A stretch of DNA of 64,000 bases from an uncultured delta proteobacterium (GTDB lineage: Bacteria > Desulfobacterota > Binatia > Binatales > Binataceae). The notes beneath the pieces are model-generated. The model saw nothing but the letters and a program-made list of their open reading frames with translations, was not told the DNA's origin and searched no databases. A program made the position numbers and the translations under genes. Positions 34,401 through 43,705 of the stretch are shown in pieces (the first letter of the stretch is position 1; the number at the start of each line of letters is the position of its first letter). The stretch lies in the NCBI GenBank assembly GCA_963789835.1, contig CAWBMF010000009.1:28984-92983 (forward strand). The letters run 5' to 3'.

Positions 34401-34874
34401 GCGCGCGGGATCGAAGGTCGATCTACCTCTCGACGGCAGTCCCGATAGCATCGTCGCCCGCGGCCAATTCTCCGGCGATGAGATCTCGCCGCGCGACTCC
34501 GGCGTCAATCCCAACATCTGCCGCGCAGTCGAAGGCAGCGTCGCGTCTGCCGCGCGCGAATCGATCGTCGTCGCGCAATGCCGCAGCGCTTGCATCCACG
34601 GCCAGTACGCCGGCGCGCCTCCTCCTTCCCAGCATCGCCCCCACGCCACCTTCGCGCCGCCGCGTTCCGCCTCCGCCGCGATTTCCTCCGTCAGCCGCGT
34701 CTTGCCGATTCCCGGTTCTCCGATCAGGCAAAACAGTTGACCGCGACCGCCCGCGACGCTGGCCAGGCTCGCGCGCAACTCGCTCAACTCGCGCTCGCGC
34801 CCGACGAAGGTCCGGCCCATCTGTCCGTGTTGCCCGAATGATTCGAGGGGAGGATTTCCTTCGCTGCCGGGCAT
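31491..34874 (-). CDS. STAND-type AAA ATPase - TPR-like - class III nucleotide cyclase; split by three apparent frameshifts (~33570, ~33215, ~32020)
   Basis: FVGRERE, Walker A GEPGIGKT, LVLDDLHAAD, TEGNPFF, FRFSHAM, TPR-like helices, then TILYFDIVGST..GDGF..RAGLHCGE..HIGARI..LRGV. Confidence 0.8.
32741..32841. repeat. two-copy 51-bp tandem repeat within the STAND gene
   Basis: Encodes SSMVEPSHAMRALLHGE / SSMVELTNAMRALLRGD. Confidence 0.85.
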
Positions 34875-34892
34875 GGTCGATGCCGACTCAAC

Positions 34893-35437
34893 TCACTTGC
34901 TGAATGGCGTGTTCACGTGCACGGACACGATGTGAATGCTGATCTGTTTGACAACCTTCTGTGTGTCCTTCGCCATCGCAACAATGTCGTGAGTGTTGCC
35001 GACGCTGACAGTTGGCTGCGCTGGTACTAGTATCGTCCCAGGCTCGAGTATGTGGAAAATATCGCGGCATATCGAGTCGATCTTCGTGAAGAGCCGCAGG
35101 ACGCGATCCTCATGGGTGCCTCCCGTCGGTGGCGGATAAGCCTGGGTCGCCGGGCTCTGTCCAAAGATGTTGAACTGATCGCAAATTTGCGCGATGGCGT
35201 ACAAAATTCCCTCGATGTTTTTGTCATGAGTCGTCTGATTCGGACTTCCGTTCTTCAGCTCCTGGAGCAGGGCCTGAAGCCTTCCGATCATTCCATTAGT
35301 GGGCGCCAGGTTTCCGTCGTTCGGGTTCAGGGTCAGCTTTTCAGTATCGTCTGCACATCGGTCAGCATCGCGTTGACCGTATCGTAGATCTTTTTCTCGT
35401 ACGGATGATGTGGTGGGCTGGCGAATGGTGCAGTCAT
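34893..35437 (-). CDS. hypothetical alpha-helical protein (~181 aa); probable missing A in the run at 35338-35341
   Basis: GGAGG RBS then ATG 35437 (MTAPFASPPHHPYEKKIYDTV...ILK). Adding one A joins it to ORF 34893-35291. Confidence 0.6.
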
Positions 35438-35685
35438 AAGCGCCTCCATCTTCTTCCGAGTTTTCGCCTCAACGGATTTGATCTGTTTCCTCGCATTTTC
35501 GGTTCCCTCCCTTCTTTGGCTATCGTTGAGTTAGCGAACGGGAGTTGCTTCGCAGAGGCTGACAAACTGTAAAGAGCGGCGGTTACTGGACTGCCTTGAA
35601 ATGGGTTACACGGGCGAATTAAGCACTGTGCCGCGCCTAACGCTATAACACTCTCACGCGCGGACGTTGGGAAGGGCACCCATTA

Positions 35686-36951
35686 TCACTCGTCTGAAAT
35701 CCGCGTGCCGTCAGACGCGCGATCGCCGCGCGACCGAGCCACCATCGCACCAGTGAACGCGATGAGCGCGCCCGCCGCGACAAGCGCAACAGGAATATCG
35801 GCGGCCGTGGCGAGAAAGGCGAATGCAACTCCGCCGAAGATCTCACCAATCGATTCGGCCTGCGATAGACACGAGTGCACGGTCGCTCGCACGTCGCTGG
35901 TCGTGCGGCGATTCACCCAGATCACGCTAACCGGTCGCGTGACGTTGAACGCGATGCCGGACGTGAGCAGCACGCCGACACCACCGACGAGGAAATCCGG
36001 CGCGTACGCCAGCACGAGCATGCCCAGCAATCCGATGAAGCAGGCGAGCGCGTAAGTCCGGCGGGCGACGCCAACGCCATCAATACGCGCTTCGACGATG
36101 TGCAGCGCGATGGCACCGACCCCAGACGAGAGAATCCCGATTGCCGTCCACCACAATACTGGATCGTGCGGGAAGCCAAGGATGACGAGCCGCTTGGGAA
36201 ACAGCCACGCGGTCATGCTCGCGCCGTTGATGATCATCGTCGCGGCGAACACAAGCAGGATCTCGTGGTCGTGCGAAGCGAGGGCTAGTCCTCGCCGGAA
36301 GATAGACAGCGAGGCCGTCCACCGCCGCGCCTGCGTGCGAGTAAAGTTATGCTCGCTGAAGCGCACCGCGACGAATATTCCGACCACCGCCATACTCGCT
36401 CCCGAAAGCACGATCGCTGTCGCGAGGTTGCTCGCCCAGCCGAGCACGCCGAACGCGACCATTCCCGTCGCCCCGCCGAAAAGGCTCCAGCGGGCGCTCG
36501 CCGTCAACACTCGGTCGATCCGATCGGGACGATCGAGCTCGTCAGCGAGCCACGCGACGTCGGCCCCGTTCGAGAATGCCCATCCCAATCCCCACAACGC
36601 CTGCGTGATCAGCAGCAGTGGAAAAGCGGTCACAAAGCCGGTCATCACCATTCCCGCCGCCATAAACGTGTGTCCGATCACAAGCGGCCACTTGCGGCTG
36701 ATAACGTCGGACCAGACGCCTGTGGGGATGTCCGACAGCGCCAACGTGACTGACACTGCCGTGCCGAGAAAGACGAGCTGGGAAGCAGACAGATGCGCGC
36801 CGACGACGAAATAGAGGGTCGCAACGAGCACGTAGCCCCGGTGGAACACCGCGCGTACAAACGTCCAGCGCAGGAAGATGGTCTCGACGTTCCGCTCCAG
36901 ATTCGGCCGGCTGGAGAGACCGGGAGGGGTTTCACCGGTCGCGCGCATCAC
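35686..36951 (-). CDS. MFS transporter
   Basis: About 12 hydrophobic segments, DIPTGVWSDVISRK, GADVAWLAD, RATVHS. Confidence 0.85.
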   Translation of the reverse strand: MMRATGETPPGLSSRPNLERNVETIFLRWTFVRAVFHRGYVLVATLYFVVGAHLSASQLVFLGTAVSVTLALSDIPTGVWSDVISRKWPLVIGHTFMAAGMVMTGFVTAFPLLLITQALWGLGWAFSNGADVAWLADELDRPDRIDRVLTASARWSLFGGATGMVAFGVLGWASNLATAIVLSGASMAVVGIFVAVRFSEHNFTRTQARRWTASLSIFRRGLALASHDHEILLVFAATMIINGASMTAWLFPKRLVILGFPHDPVLWWTAIGILSSGVGAIALHIVEARIDGVGVARRTYALACFIGLLGMLVLAYAPDFLVGGVGVLLTSGIAFNVTRPVSVIWVNRRTTSDVRATVHSCLSQAESIGEIFGGVAFAFLATAADIPVALVAAGALIAFTGAMVARSRGDRASDGTRISDE

Positions 36952-36969
36952 TGTCTCTCCCCGATGAGT

Positions 36970-38040
36970 TCAGAACGTGCGCCGGTACGTGACGTAGTTC
37001 GCGCAGACTTTGGCGCCTAGTTTTTCCGCTGTGCGGCGCGACGGCCAGTTGTCGTCGAGCACCAGCGTGTAGCTCAAAAACTTCGCGCCATCGCGGATCA
37101 TGCGCAGGTACGAGTGCGACGCCATCGCGAGGTTCACGCCGCGGCCGCGCGCCGCCTCGAGCACGCCGATGCCGAGAAAGTTGAGCTTCTCGTTGTCCGC
37201 CAGCTTGCGCCCCGGCTTGAGAATTGCGCCTTCGGCGTTCGGCGGCGTCACCATCAACGCGCCGACTGGTTGCCCGTCGCGATACGCGAGCACCGACGTG
37301 TCGAGCGCGCCCGACATCGCGAAAAAATCGAACAGGAATGTCAGCTCGTCGGTGGTGAAGGGCGTCGCGCCCCAATGACGTGCGAACGCGGTGTTCCAGG
37401 TGTATTCGAAATCACGGATGCGCCGCCCCGCCGGCAGATCTCTCAGCGCGACGATTTGATATCCCGCGCGCCTGCCTGCTTCGAGCGCGCTCTCATAGCG
37501 CGCGATCAGCTCCGGCGTCACCTCGATTTTGTAGTCGACCCATCCGCGCTCGGTTTCGAATCCGGCGTCTTTCAGCAGCGCGTGATAGTACGCGGGATTC
37601 TGGCGCGCGATGTCCGGCGGCAGAGTCTCGTAGTCGTCGATGACGAATGGAAACTCGAGCAATCCGTAGCCCGCGCGCGCCGCCGTCGCGCCGTTGGACT
37701 TCAACCACGCCGACGCCGCATCCATCATTTGCACGACCGCGTCGCGCGCGCCCGGCATCGCCTCGAACATCACGACATGCCCGAGCGGCTCGTTCCAGTG
37801 ACGCTGATAATGGTCGTCGATGATCGCAACGGCGCGCGCGACGAGATTGCCATCGACCCGCGCCATGAACGGTTTGATCATGCGACCGTCAGCGAACGGT
37901 CCCTCACCCATCAGGATCGGCAACTGCACGGCCACCATCGCCGCCCATCGCGCGGCGCGGTATTCGTACACGCGATGTTGAAATAGAACGAACTCGGTGA
38001 GCGCCTGTTCGCCCGAGGGCGACTCGATTTTGACTGACAA
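36970..38040 (-). CDS. tandem GNAT-fold N-acetyltransferase-like protein (YghO-like)
   Basis: GHVVMFEA, NPAYYHALL..GF, HWGATP, GIGVLEAARGRGV, VLDDNWP. Confidence 0.7.
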   Translation of the reverse strand: MSVKIESPSGEQALTEFVLFQHRVYEYRAARWAAMVAVQLPILMGEGPFADGRMIKPFMARVDGNLVARAVAIIDDHYQRHWNEPLGHVVMFEAMPGARDAVVQMMDAASAWLKSNGATAARAGYGLLEFPFVIDDYETLPPDIARQNPAYYHALLKDAGFETERGWVDYKIEVTPELIARYESALEAGRRAGYQIVALRDLPAGRRIRDFEYTWNTAFARHWGATPFTTDELTFLFDFFAMSGALDTSVLAYRDGQPVGALMVTPPNAEGAILKPGRKLADNEKLNFLGIGVLEAARGRGVNLAMASHSYLRMIRDGAKFLSYTLVLDDNWPSRRTAEKLGAKVCANYVTYRRTF

Positions 38041-38232
38041 CTACCGACTCTCCCGAAACGCGATGACCAATCGCGCACTTCCATTCAGCCCGCCGCAGCG
38101 CGCATTTCGCGAGGTCGCCTTGTCTCGGCTCTCGCCGTGCGCTAACCACTACGCAGGGGCGAGCGTAGCGCCGCGCGCGCGCGAGCGTCAAACCAGCGCG
38201 CGCGGATTGCGTCCCCAGGAGCGCTAAGCGTC

Positions 38233-38445
38233 ATGGTTGAAAAAACGATCGACCTCACGGGCATCTCGGCCAACTCGGTCGAGGAAGCCGTGCAATTAGC
38301 AATCTCGCGCGCGGGCGTAACGATCAAAGGCATCCACACTGCGCACGTGCGGGCTATCGACGCTATCGTCGAGGCCAACAAAGTGGTCCGATGGAAAGTC
38401 AATGTGAAAGTGACCTTCCAGGTCAAAGACGAGTTGCACGAATAA
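38233..38445 (+). CDS. dodecin-family protein
   Basis: KTIDLTGIS..SVEEAVQLAI.RA..T...WKVNVKVTF; 70 aa. Confidence 0.85.
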   Translation: MVEKTIDLTGISANSVEEAVQLAISRAGVTIKGIHTAHVRAIDAIVEANKVVRWKVNVKVTFQVKDELHE

Positions 38446-38523
38446 GCAATAGCGCAAGCATGCGCATAAGCGGCGGAGCGCAAGGACTTCCAGTCATGCG
38501 AAACCAGCCACTGAGAGTAGTCG

Positions 38524-39519
38524 ATGGCGAAAATAGTTGAGGTCCATCCAGGTATCTACGAGATATTTCTGCCGCTGCCGATGCGGCCGACTATCATCAA
38601 CGTTTATCTCCTCGACTGTCACGGCGCGTGGACGCTCGTCGACACCGGGATGAACTCGCCCGAGAGCATCAAGGCACTCGAGGAAGCGCTCGCGGAACTC
38701 AGCATCAAGATCGAAGATCTCGATGCGATCGTCGCGACCCATCATCATATTGATCACTTCGGCGCGTCCGGCGAGATTCGTCGCCGCAGTCACGCGGTTA
38801 CGCACATTCATCGGCTCGAGGCCGAGCGCGCGGGCCGCATGATCGAATTCGGAAAGATGGCGCCGCACGACCGCCCCGAATCGCGCGCGTTCTTTGCCCG
38901 CCACGGATTTCCGATCGAGCAATTCAATCCAACCGGGATGCGCCCCGCGTGGATGGGCACATCGATGTACGGGCCGGTCACGCAACCCGACAAGTACATC
39001 GACGATCATGACGTGATCAAAATCGGCGACCGAGAGCTCGAAGTTATCTGGACACCCGGCCATTCACCCGGTCACAACGTAATTTATTTACGCAAAGAAA
39101 AAGTGATGATCGTCGGCGATCACCTGTTGCCCAAAATTACGCCACACGTCGGAATTTATCCCGACGCAGCGGGAACAAATCCCTTGGGAGATTTTATCGC
39201 GTCGCAGTTGAAGGTGCAGAAGTTCGACGTCGAGCTGGTATTGCCTGCGCACGGCGGCATCTATCACGACCATCGTCATCGCGCTAATCAGTTGATCGAG
39301 CATCATCGTTATCGCGAGGCGGAAATGCTCGATCTGACCCGCAAGTCACCGCAGACTGCGTTCGAAATTGCACAACAAGTATTCGGTGGCGAAGAACGGC
39401 CGATCTTCCACGTGATGGCGGCGACGTTCGAAACGCTCGCACACCTGGAACTTGCCTGTTTTGAAGGCCGCGCGCGCCGCTCCGAGCGCGGTGAACAAAC
39501 TGTGTTCCAGGCATTATGA
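38524..39519 (+). CDS. MBL-fold metallo-hydrolase
   Basis: LVDTG, THHHIDHFG, TPGHSPGH, GDHLL, PAHG. Confidence 0.92.
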   Translation: MAKIVEVHPGIYEIFLPLPMRPTIINVYLLDCHGAWTLVDTGMNSPESIKALEEALAELSIKIEDLDAIVATHHHIDHFGASGEIRRRSHAVTHIHRLEAERAGRMIEFGKMAPHDRPESRAFFARHGFPIEQFNPTGMRPAWMGTSMYGPVTQPDKYIDDHDVIKIGDRELEVIWTPGHSPGHNVIYLRKEKVMIVGDHLLPKITPHVGIYPDAAGTNPLGDFIASQLKVQKFDVELVLPAHGGIYHDHRHRANQLIEHHRYREAEMLDLTRKSPQTAFEIAQQVFGGEERPIFHVMAATFETLAHLELACFEGRARRSERGEQTVFQAL

Positions 39520-39643
39520 GAGGATTACAGGGGGGTTTGCTAATTTTTCCGAACGGTGTATTTTGGCCGTGCTTAAACGAACGGCGAAGATAACGGTGTT
39601 AGCTCGCTTGAGTGGAGGGGTCCCTAGATTGAAGGAGGATGCC

Positions 39644-40009
39644 ATGAAACGGAAGATTGTATTGACGCTGGCTACGGGGCTGGCATTGTTGGTCGCCGGT
39701 TGCTCGAGTCAAGGAGGAGGCAGCAGCTCTTCTGGCGGCTCGGCACCAGGCGCTGCACCGCCGCCTGCGGCAGTTGCGTCAACCTCGAGAAATTTCAACC
39801 TGGCCGTCAAGTGCCCCGGTGTCCACTGGGAGAAGACGCACGGATGGTCGGATCAGCAGATTATGGAGCAGGAATCGCTCGAGGAGCAGGACATCCCTGC
39901 CTGCGAGCAATGGGTTCAGGCGCAGCCCAAGGGCTACGTGCCTCCTCCGCCCGGCGGAGCGGTGGCCTCGAAGGCTCCTGCACCCGGCGCAGCGCCAGCC
40001 CCGCAATGA
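39644..40009 (+). CDS. hypothetical lipoprotein
   Basis: AAGGAGG RBS; MKRK + hydrophobic stretch + lipobox LVAG-C; Ser/Gly/Pro linkers around a small two-Cys core. Confidence 0.75.
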   Translation: MKRKIVLTLATGLALLVAGCSSQGGGSSSSGGSAPGAAPPPAAVASTSRNFNLAVKCPGVHWEKTHGWSDQQIMEQESLEEQDIPACEQWVQAQPKGYVPPPPGGAVASKAPAPGAAPAPQ

Positions 40010-40075
40010 TACGCCTGACGGCGTAGAACTAGTTCGCGCGCAAGCGCGAGTCTGAGCGCGAGGGGATGAAAATCA

Positions 40076-40114
40076 GCGGCGCGGCATCTCGTGAGAGATG
40101 CCGCGCCGCCTTTT
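40076..40114. terminator. intrinsic terminator between convergent genes
   Basis: Perfect 15-bp stem GCGGCGCGGCATCTC-GTGA-GAGATGCCGCGCCGC followed by CTTTT; short A-run just upstream could serve the other strand. Confidence 0.8.
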
Positions 40115-40166
40115 CTATTGTGCAGAATTTTAGAGCCGGCGCGATCTCGCGCCGGCGATACTCGAT

Positions 40167-40607
40167 CTAGCGAGCGTTGGCCGTCGCTGCGCGCTTCGCG
40201 TCGCGACGCGCAGGAGCGCTGATACGCCCGCTGCGGACCACCGGTGAACGCCGCGCCAGGCGCCGCGTCGACACTCCCGCAAGCTGCTGATTGCGCCAGT
40301 CGCGCAGACCGCGCCGCAGAAACTGCGGTTCGATTCCCAGCGTTTCGCACACCGTCTCGAACGAGAACGGCCCTTCGCCGCCTTCGCCGATCAGCCACTG
40401 CTCGGCCTCGCTGAACAGACGCTTGCGCGGTCCGCCCTTGGCGTCCGCATTATTCTGGAAGCAACGCAGGGCGTCCTCCAGAATTGCCATCATCAGCTTC
40501 TTGACCGGGCGGATGTTGCTGTCGTCACGACGGCTGTCATAAAACTGCTCAGGCGTCAGAACGTCCGGCACGAAGAGATTTCCGAGAGCGCTATTTTCCC
40601 ATTCCAT
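40167..40607 (-). CDS. hypothetical protein with HTH-like segment and basic tail
   Basis: GAGG RBS; LTPEQFY..LMMAILEDALRCFQ..AEQW..PFSFETVCETLGIEP.FLR; Arg-rich C-terminus. Confidence 0.75.
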   Translation of the reverse strand: MEWENSALGNLFVPDVLTPEQFYDSRRDDSNIRPVKKLMMAILEDALRCFQNNADAKGGPRKRLFSEAEQWLIGEGGEGPFSFETVCETLGIEPQFLRRGLRDWRNQQLAGVSTRRLARRSPVVRSGRISAPARRDAKRAATANAR

Positions 40608-40699
40608 GGTCTTTGTCCTCACCCGACCATGCCTGCCCACTTCCGCGAGTCAAGCTATCGGTGTCGGGTTCCCCGAGTTTTCTTTCTTAACTCAGGTAT

Positions 40700-40717
40700 A
40701 AGCAACGACCATGCCGA
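40700..40717 (-). promoter_or_regulatory. putative sigma54 -24/-12 promoter
   Basis: Minus strand TCGGCATGGTCGTTGCTT, exact GG-N10-GC, about 95 bp upstream of ATG 40607, with AT-rich DNA upstream. Confidence 0.65.
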
Positions 40718-41033
40718 ATTTCACAGCAACTGCCCTAATGCAATTTAAGTAGCATGTTAAGGCGTCATGAACGCTAACTGTGGCTTCATTCCGTTGCGAA
40801 ATTCACCGAATCGCACATCTTTTCGCAAATCATTCCGCGTTTTGCGAATTTTCCTTCACTTGTAGCGCGCGTGACTCATTTGCGACACGCGTTACGATTT
40901 GGCCACAAACCGCCAGCAAAGTGTCGCTCCGCTGCCATATCTGTCGTGCATGCATCCCAAGGCAGGCAGGGTCATCTCCGCCCAAGAAGGTGGCACCCGC
41001 GGTGGGCCGTCACTTATTAGATGAAGGTTGCGG

Positions 41034-41687
41034 CTACTGAACGGTATCAGGCCCGCCGCTCGGCCCTGCGGGCCCGTGCTTGCGCTCTTCCAGCTTGAAG
41101 GTCAGCACATCGAGCAGGCAATCGACCCTGTCCGCCAGCGCCCCGAGCAGCGTCTGCTTCTCGAGCGGCGTGATATCGAGATGAAAGCACAGGAAATTGA
41201 TGAGCTCGGCACCGCGCAGCCCGCGTTGCTCCACTATCGTGCGCCAGGCCTCTTGCGCCGCCGCACCCAGGTAGCTGAACAGCATCTCGCGCAGCGCGTC
41301 CATCGTCTCGGCGTCGCAATCGAGCGCGTCGGCCCGCACCGGGCACCAAGTCACTTCCGCCTGCCGATACGAGCGTTCGCGAATTTCGCGCGCGATCCGA
41401 AACTCGCCGACGCCTTCGAGCGTCAGGTTGTAGCGCCCGTCAGCCAGCTTCACCAGTCCGCCGATTTTGCCCGCGCATCCGATTTCGAAAATATCCGGAA
41501 AGGCGTGGTAGTCGCCTTCCCAGTCGCCCTTCAGCAGCGCCATCCCGATGATGCCGTGGGCGTCGGCCACGTCGGCGATCATCTCGCGATAGCGCGGCTC
41601 GAAAATATGCAGCGGCACGCTCAGCCCGGGGAACAGCACGAGATTCGGCAACGGAAAGATCGGAATGATATTGGGTAGTGCCGCCAC
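41034..41687 (-). CDS. Lon N-terminal (substrate-binding) domain protein
   Basis: IPIFPLPNLVLFPG..PLHIFEPRYREM, DGRYNL, EKQTLL. Confidence 0.9.
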   Translation of the reverse strand: MAALPNIIPIFPLPNLVLFPGLSVPLHIFEPRYREMIADVADAHGIIGMALLKGDWEGDYHAFPDIFEIGCAGKIGGLVKLADGRYNLTLEGVGEFRIAREIRERSYRQAEVTWCPVRADALDCDAETMDALREMLFSYLGAAAQEAWRTIVEQRGLRGAELINFLCFHLDITPLEKQTLLGALADRVDCLLDVLTFKLEERKHGPAGPSGGPDTVQ

Positions 41688-41855
41688 GTTTCACCGCCTC
41701 CGCATGATGGCAGGTTAAGTCCGTTACGATCCCCCGTCAAGGAAGCGCTCTTTTCTGTCTCCGCGCTTTTGCTATGTTTCACCGAATCCGCGAGACTCCA
41801 TCTACCAGCCAAATGGAACCAGCATTGTTCATCGCCGATCGCGAGGAGGACCACG

Positions 41856-42752
41856 ATGGGTAAGGTCGTCGCGACCGTGTTCACCACTCACGTGCCGCGC
41901 CTGATGATTACCGATCCGATCGCGCGCCGCGCCTACATGGGCCGCAACGTGACGACCTTCTACGACGCGATGCCGAAGCTCGAGCGCGAGCGCCTGCGCC
42001 ATCTCGACTTCGATACCTTCCTGCTGATCGATACACACTGGTTCTCGACTCTGGAGTACGTGCTCAATGCTCACGAGCGCCTGTCGGGTGTGTACACATC
42101 CGAAGAGCTGCCCGAGATGCTCCATGACCTCGCTTACGATTATCGCGGCGACACCGAACTCGCGCGCAGCGTCGAGATTGAGGCGCGGGAGCGCGGGATT
42201 CGTGCAATCGCGTCGGCCCATACCAACTTGCCGATTCACTATCCCACGCTCAACGTGATGCACTATTTCAATCACGAGGCGCGCCGCCGCGTGCTCTCGG
42301 TGAGCGTGTGTCAAACGGCGTCGGTCAAAAATGATTTGGCATACGGCGCCGCGATCGGACAGGCCATCTGGAAATCGAATCGCCGCGTCGTGATTGTCGC
42401 GTCGGGCGGCATGTCGCACAAATTCTGGGACTACGATCATATTCTCGACCGCGCGTCGGCGTCGTCCGAAGACATCTCATCGACGGCCAACCGGCTCTAC
42501 GACGAACGCATCATGGAATGGTTCAAGGCCGGCCGCCACGACGCCGTGCTGGCCGCCGCCGACGACTACCGCGCGCACTGCTCGCCCGAAGGCCGCTTCT
42601 CGCACTACCTGACGATGGCCGGCGCGATGGGCGGCGACTCGTGGACCTGGCGCGGCGAGCAGTTCGGCAAATACGAAGCCGCAATCGGCACCGGCCAGTC
42701 AATCTTTTTCTTTCAACCGTCTTTTATCGGCGCCGAGCGCGAAGCCGCCTGA
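41856..42752 (+). CDS. hpaD: LigB-family extradiol dioxygenase (homoprotocatechuate 2,3-dioxygenase-like)
   Basis: THVP, DTHW, GVYTSEELP, YDYRGD.ELA, HYPT, ASGGMSH, PEG, GTGQ. Confidence 0.78.
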   Translation: MGKVVATVFTTHVPRLMITDPIARRAYMGRNVTTFYDAMPKLERERLRHLDFDTFLLIDTHWFSTLEYVLNAHERLSGVYTSEELPEMLHDLAYDYRGDTELARSVEIEARERGIRAIASAHTNLPIHYPTLNVMHYFNHEARRRVLSVSVCQTASVKNDLAYGAAIGQAIWKSNRRVVIVASGGMSHKFWDYDHILDRASASSEDISSTANRLYDERIMEWFKAGRHDAVLAAADDYRAHCSPEGRFSHYLTMAGAMGGDSWTWRGEQFGKYEAAIGTGQSIFFFQPSFIGAEREAA

Positions 42753-42776
42753 GCGCGATACCGCCGGAGGTGCGCA

Positions 42777-43664
42777 TTGAAACTTGCACACGGAATACTG
42801 GCGATGCTGGTGACGCCGTTTCATGACGACTACCGGCTCAACGAGGACGCGCTGCGGCGCGAAGTACAGTGGGCGATTGCGGCGGGCGCCGATGGCGTCG
42901 TCGCCGCGCCGAGCATCGGCGAGTTTCTGCACCTGGACGAAGCGGAGCGCACGCGCGTCTTCGAAATTGTGATCGAGGAGACGCGCAAGCGTCCGAATCT
43001 CTCCGCCGTCGCGATGACCTCGGGCGCGACCACGCTCGAAACTCTGCGCTACGCGAAAATCGCCGCGCGTCTCGGCTACGATGCGCAGCAGGTGATTCCG
43101 CCGTACTACTGGCGATGCGGCGAGGCCGAGGTCGAGCGCCACTACGGCATGATTGCCGAGGCCGGCGACCTGCCCGTCGTCATCTACCACAACCCCGCGC
43201 TCAGCAAGTTCAACATCTCGCCGAAGTTCGCCGGCAAGCTCGCGGCGATTCCCGGCGTCGTCGCGTTCAAGGAAGTGCTGACCGACCTGCAGCATCTCGA
43301 GGCGCTGTACGACGAAGTGGACGGCCGCGCGGACATCTACAATACGTTTCGCGCGATGCTGGCGGGGCTGATGCTCGGCGCGGCCGGCGGCTTCATCAAT
43401 ATTTTCGCGGTGCCCGCGGCAGTCGCGCTGCTCAAGGCTTTCAAGGCCGGCGATTATAAGCGCGCCGAGGAAATTCAGCGCCGTCTCAATCGATGCTTCC
43501 CGCGCGGCGGCGAGGAAACGCTCGGCCATCTCGGCACCACCAAGGTCACCGCGTCGGTCGCGACCGGCATCGAGATGGGCCCCGCGCGACCGCCGTACAT
43601 GGCGCCGGCCGACGCTGCCGAAAGAATCCGCAAGCGCCTGCCGCTGCTGAACGAGGTCATCTGA
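42777..43664 (+). CDS. DHDPS-family aldolase (HpaI-like by context)
   Basis: LVTPF, SIGEF, PPYY, IYHNP, Schiff-base Lys in VAFKE. Confidence 0.82.
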   Translation: MKLAHGILAMLVTPFHDDYRLNEDALRREVQWAIAAGADGVVAAPSIGEFLHLDEAERTRVFEIVIEETRKRPNLSAVAMTSGATTLETLRYAKIAARLGYDAQQVIPPYYWRCGEAEVERHYGMIAEAGDLPVVIYHNPALSKFNISPKFAGKLAAIPGVVAFKEVLTDLQHLEALYDEVDGRADIYNTFRAMLAGLMLGAAGGFINIFAVPAAVALLKAFKAGDYKRAEEIQRRLNRCFPRGGEETLGHLGTTKVTASVATGIEMGPARPPYMAPADAAERIRKRLPLLNEVI

Positions 43665-43705
43665 AGTGGGCGACCAATAGGACGCAAGAGTATGGCCGGG
43701 CCAGC

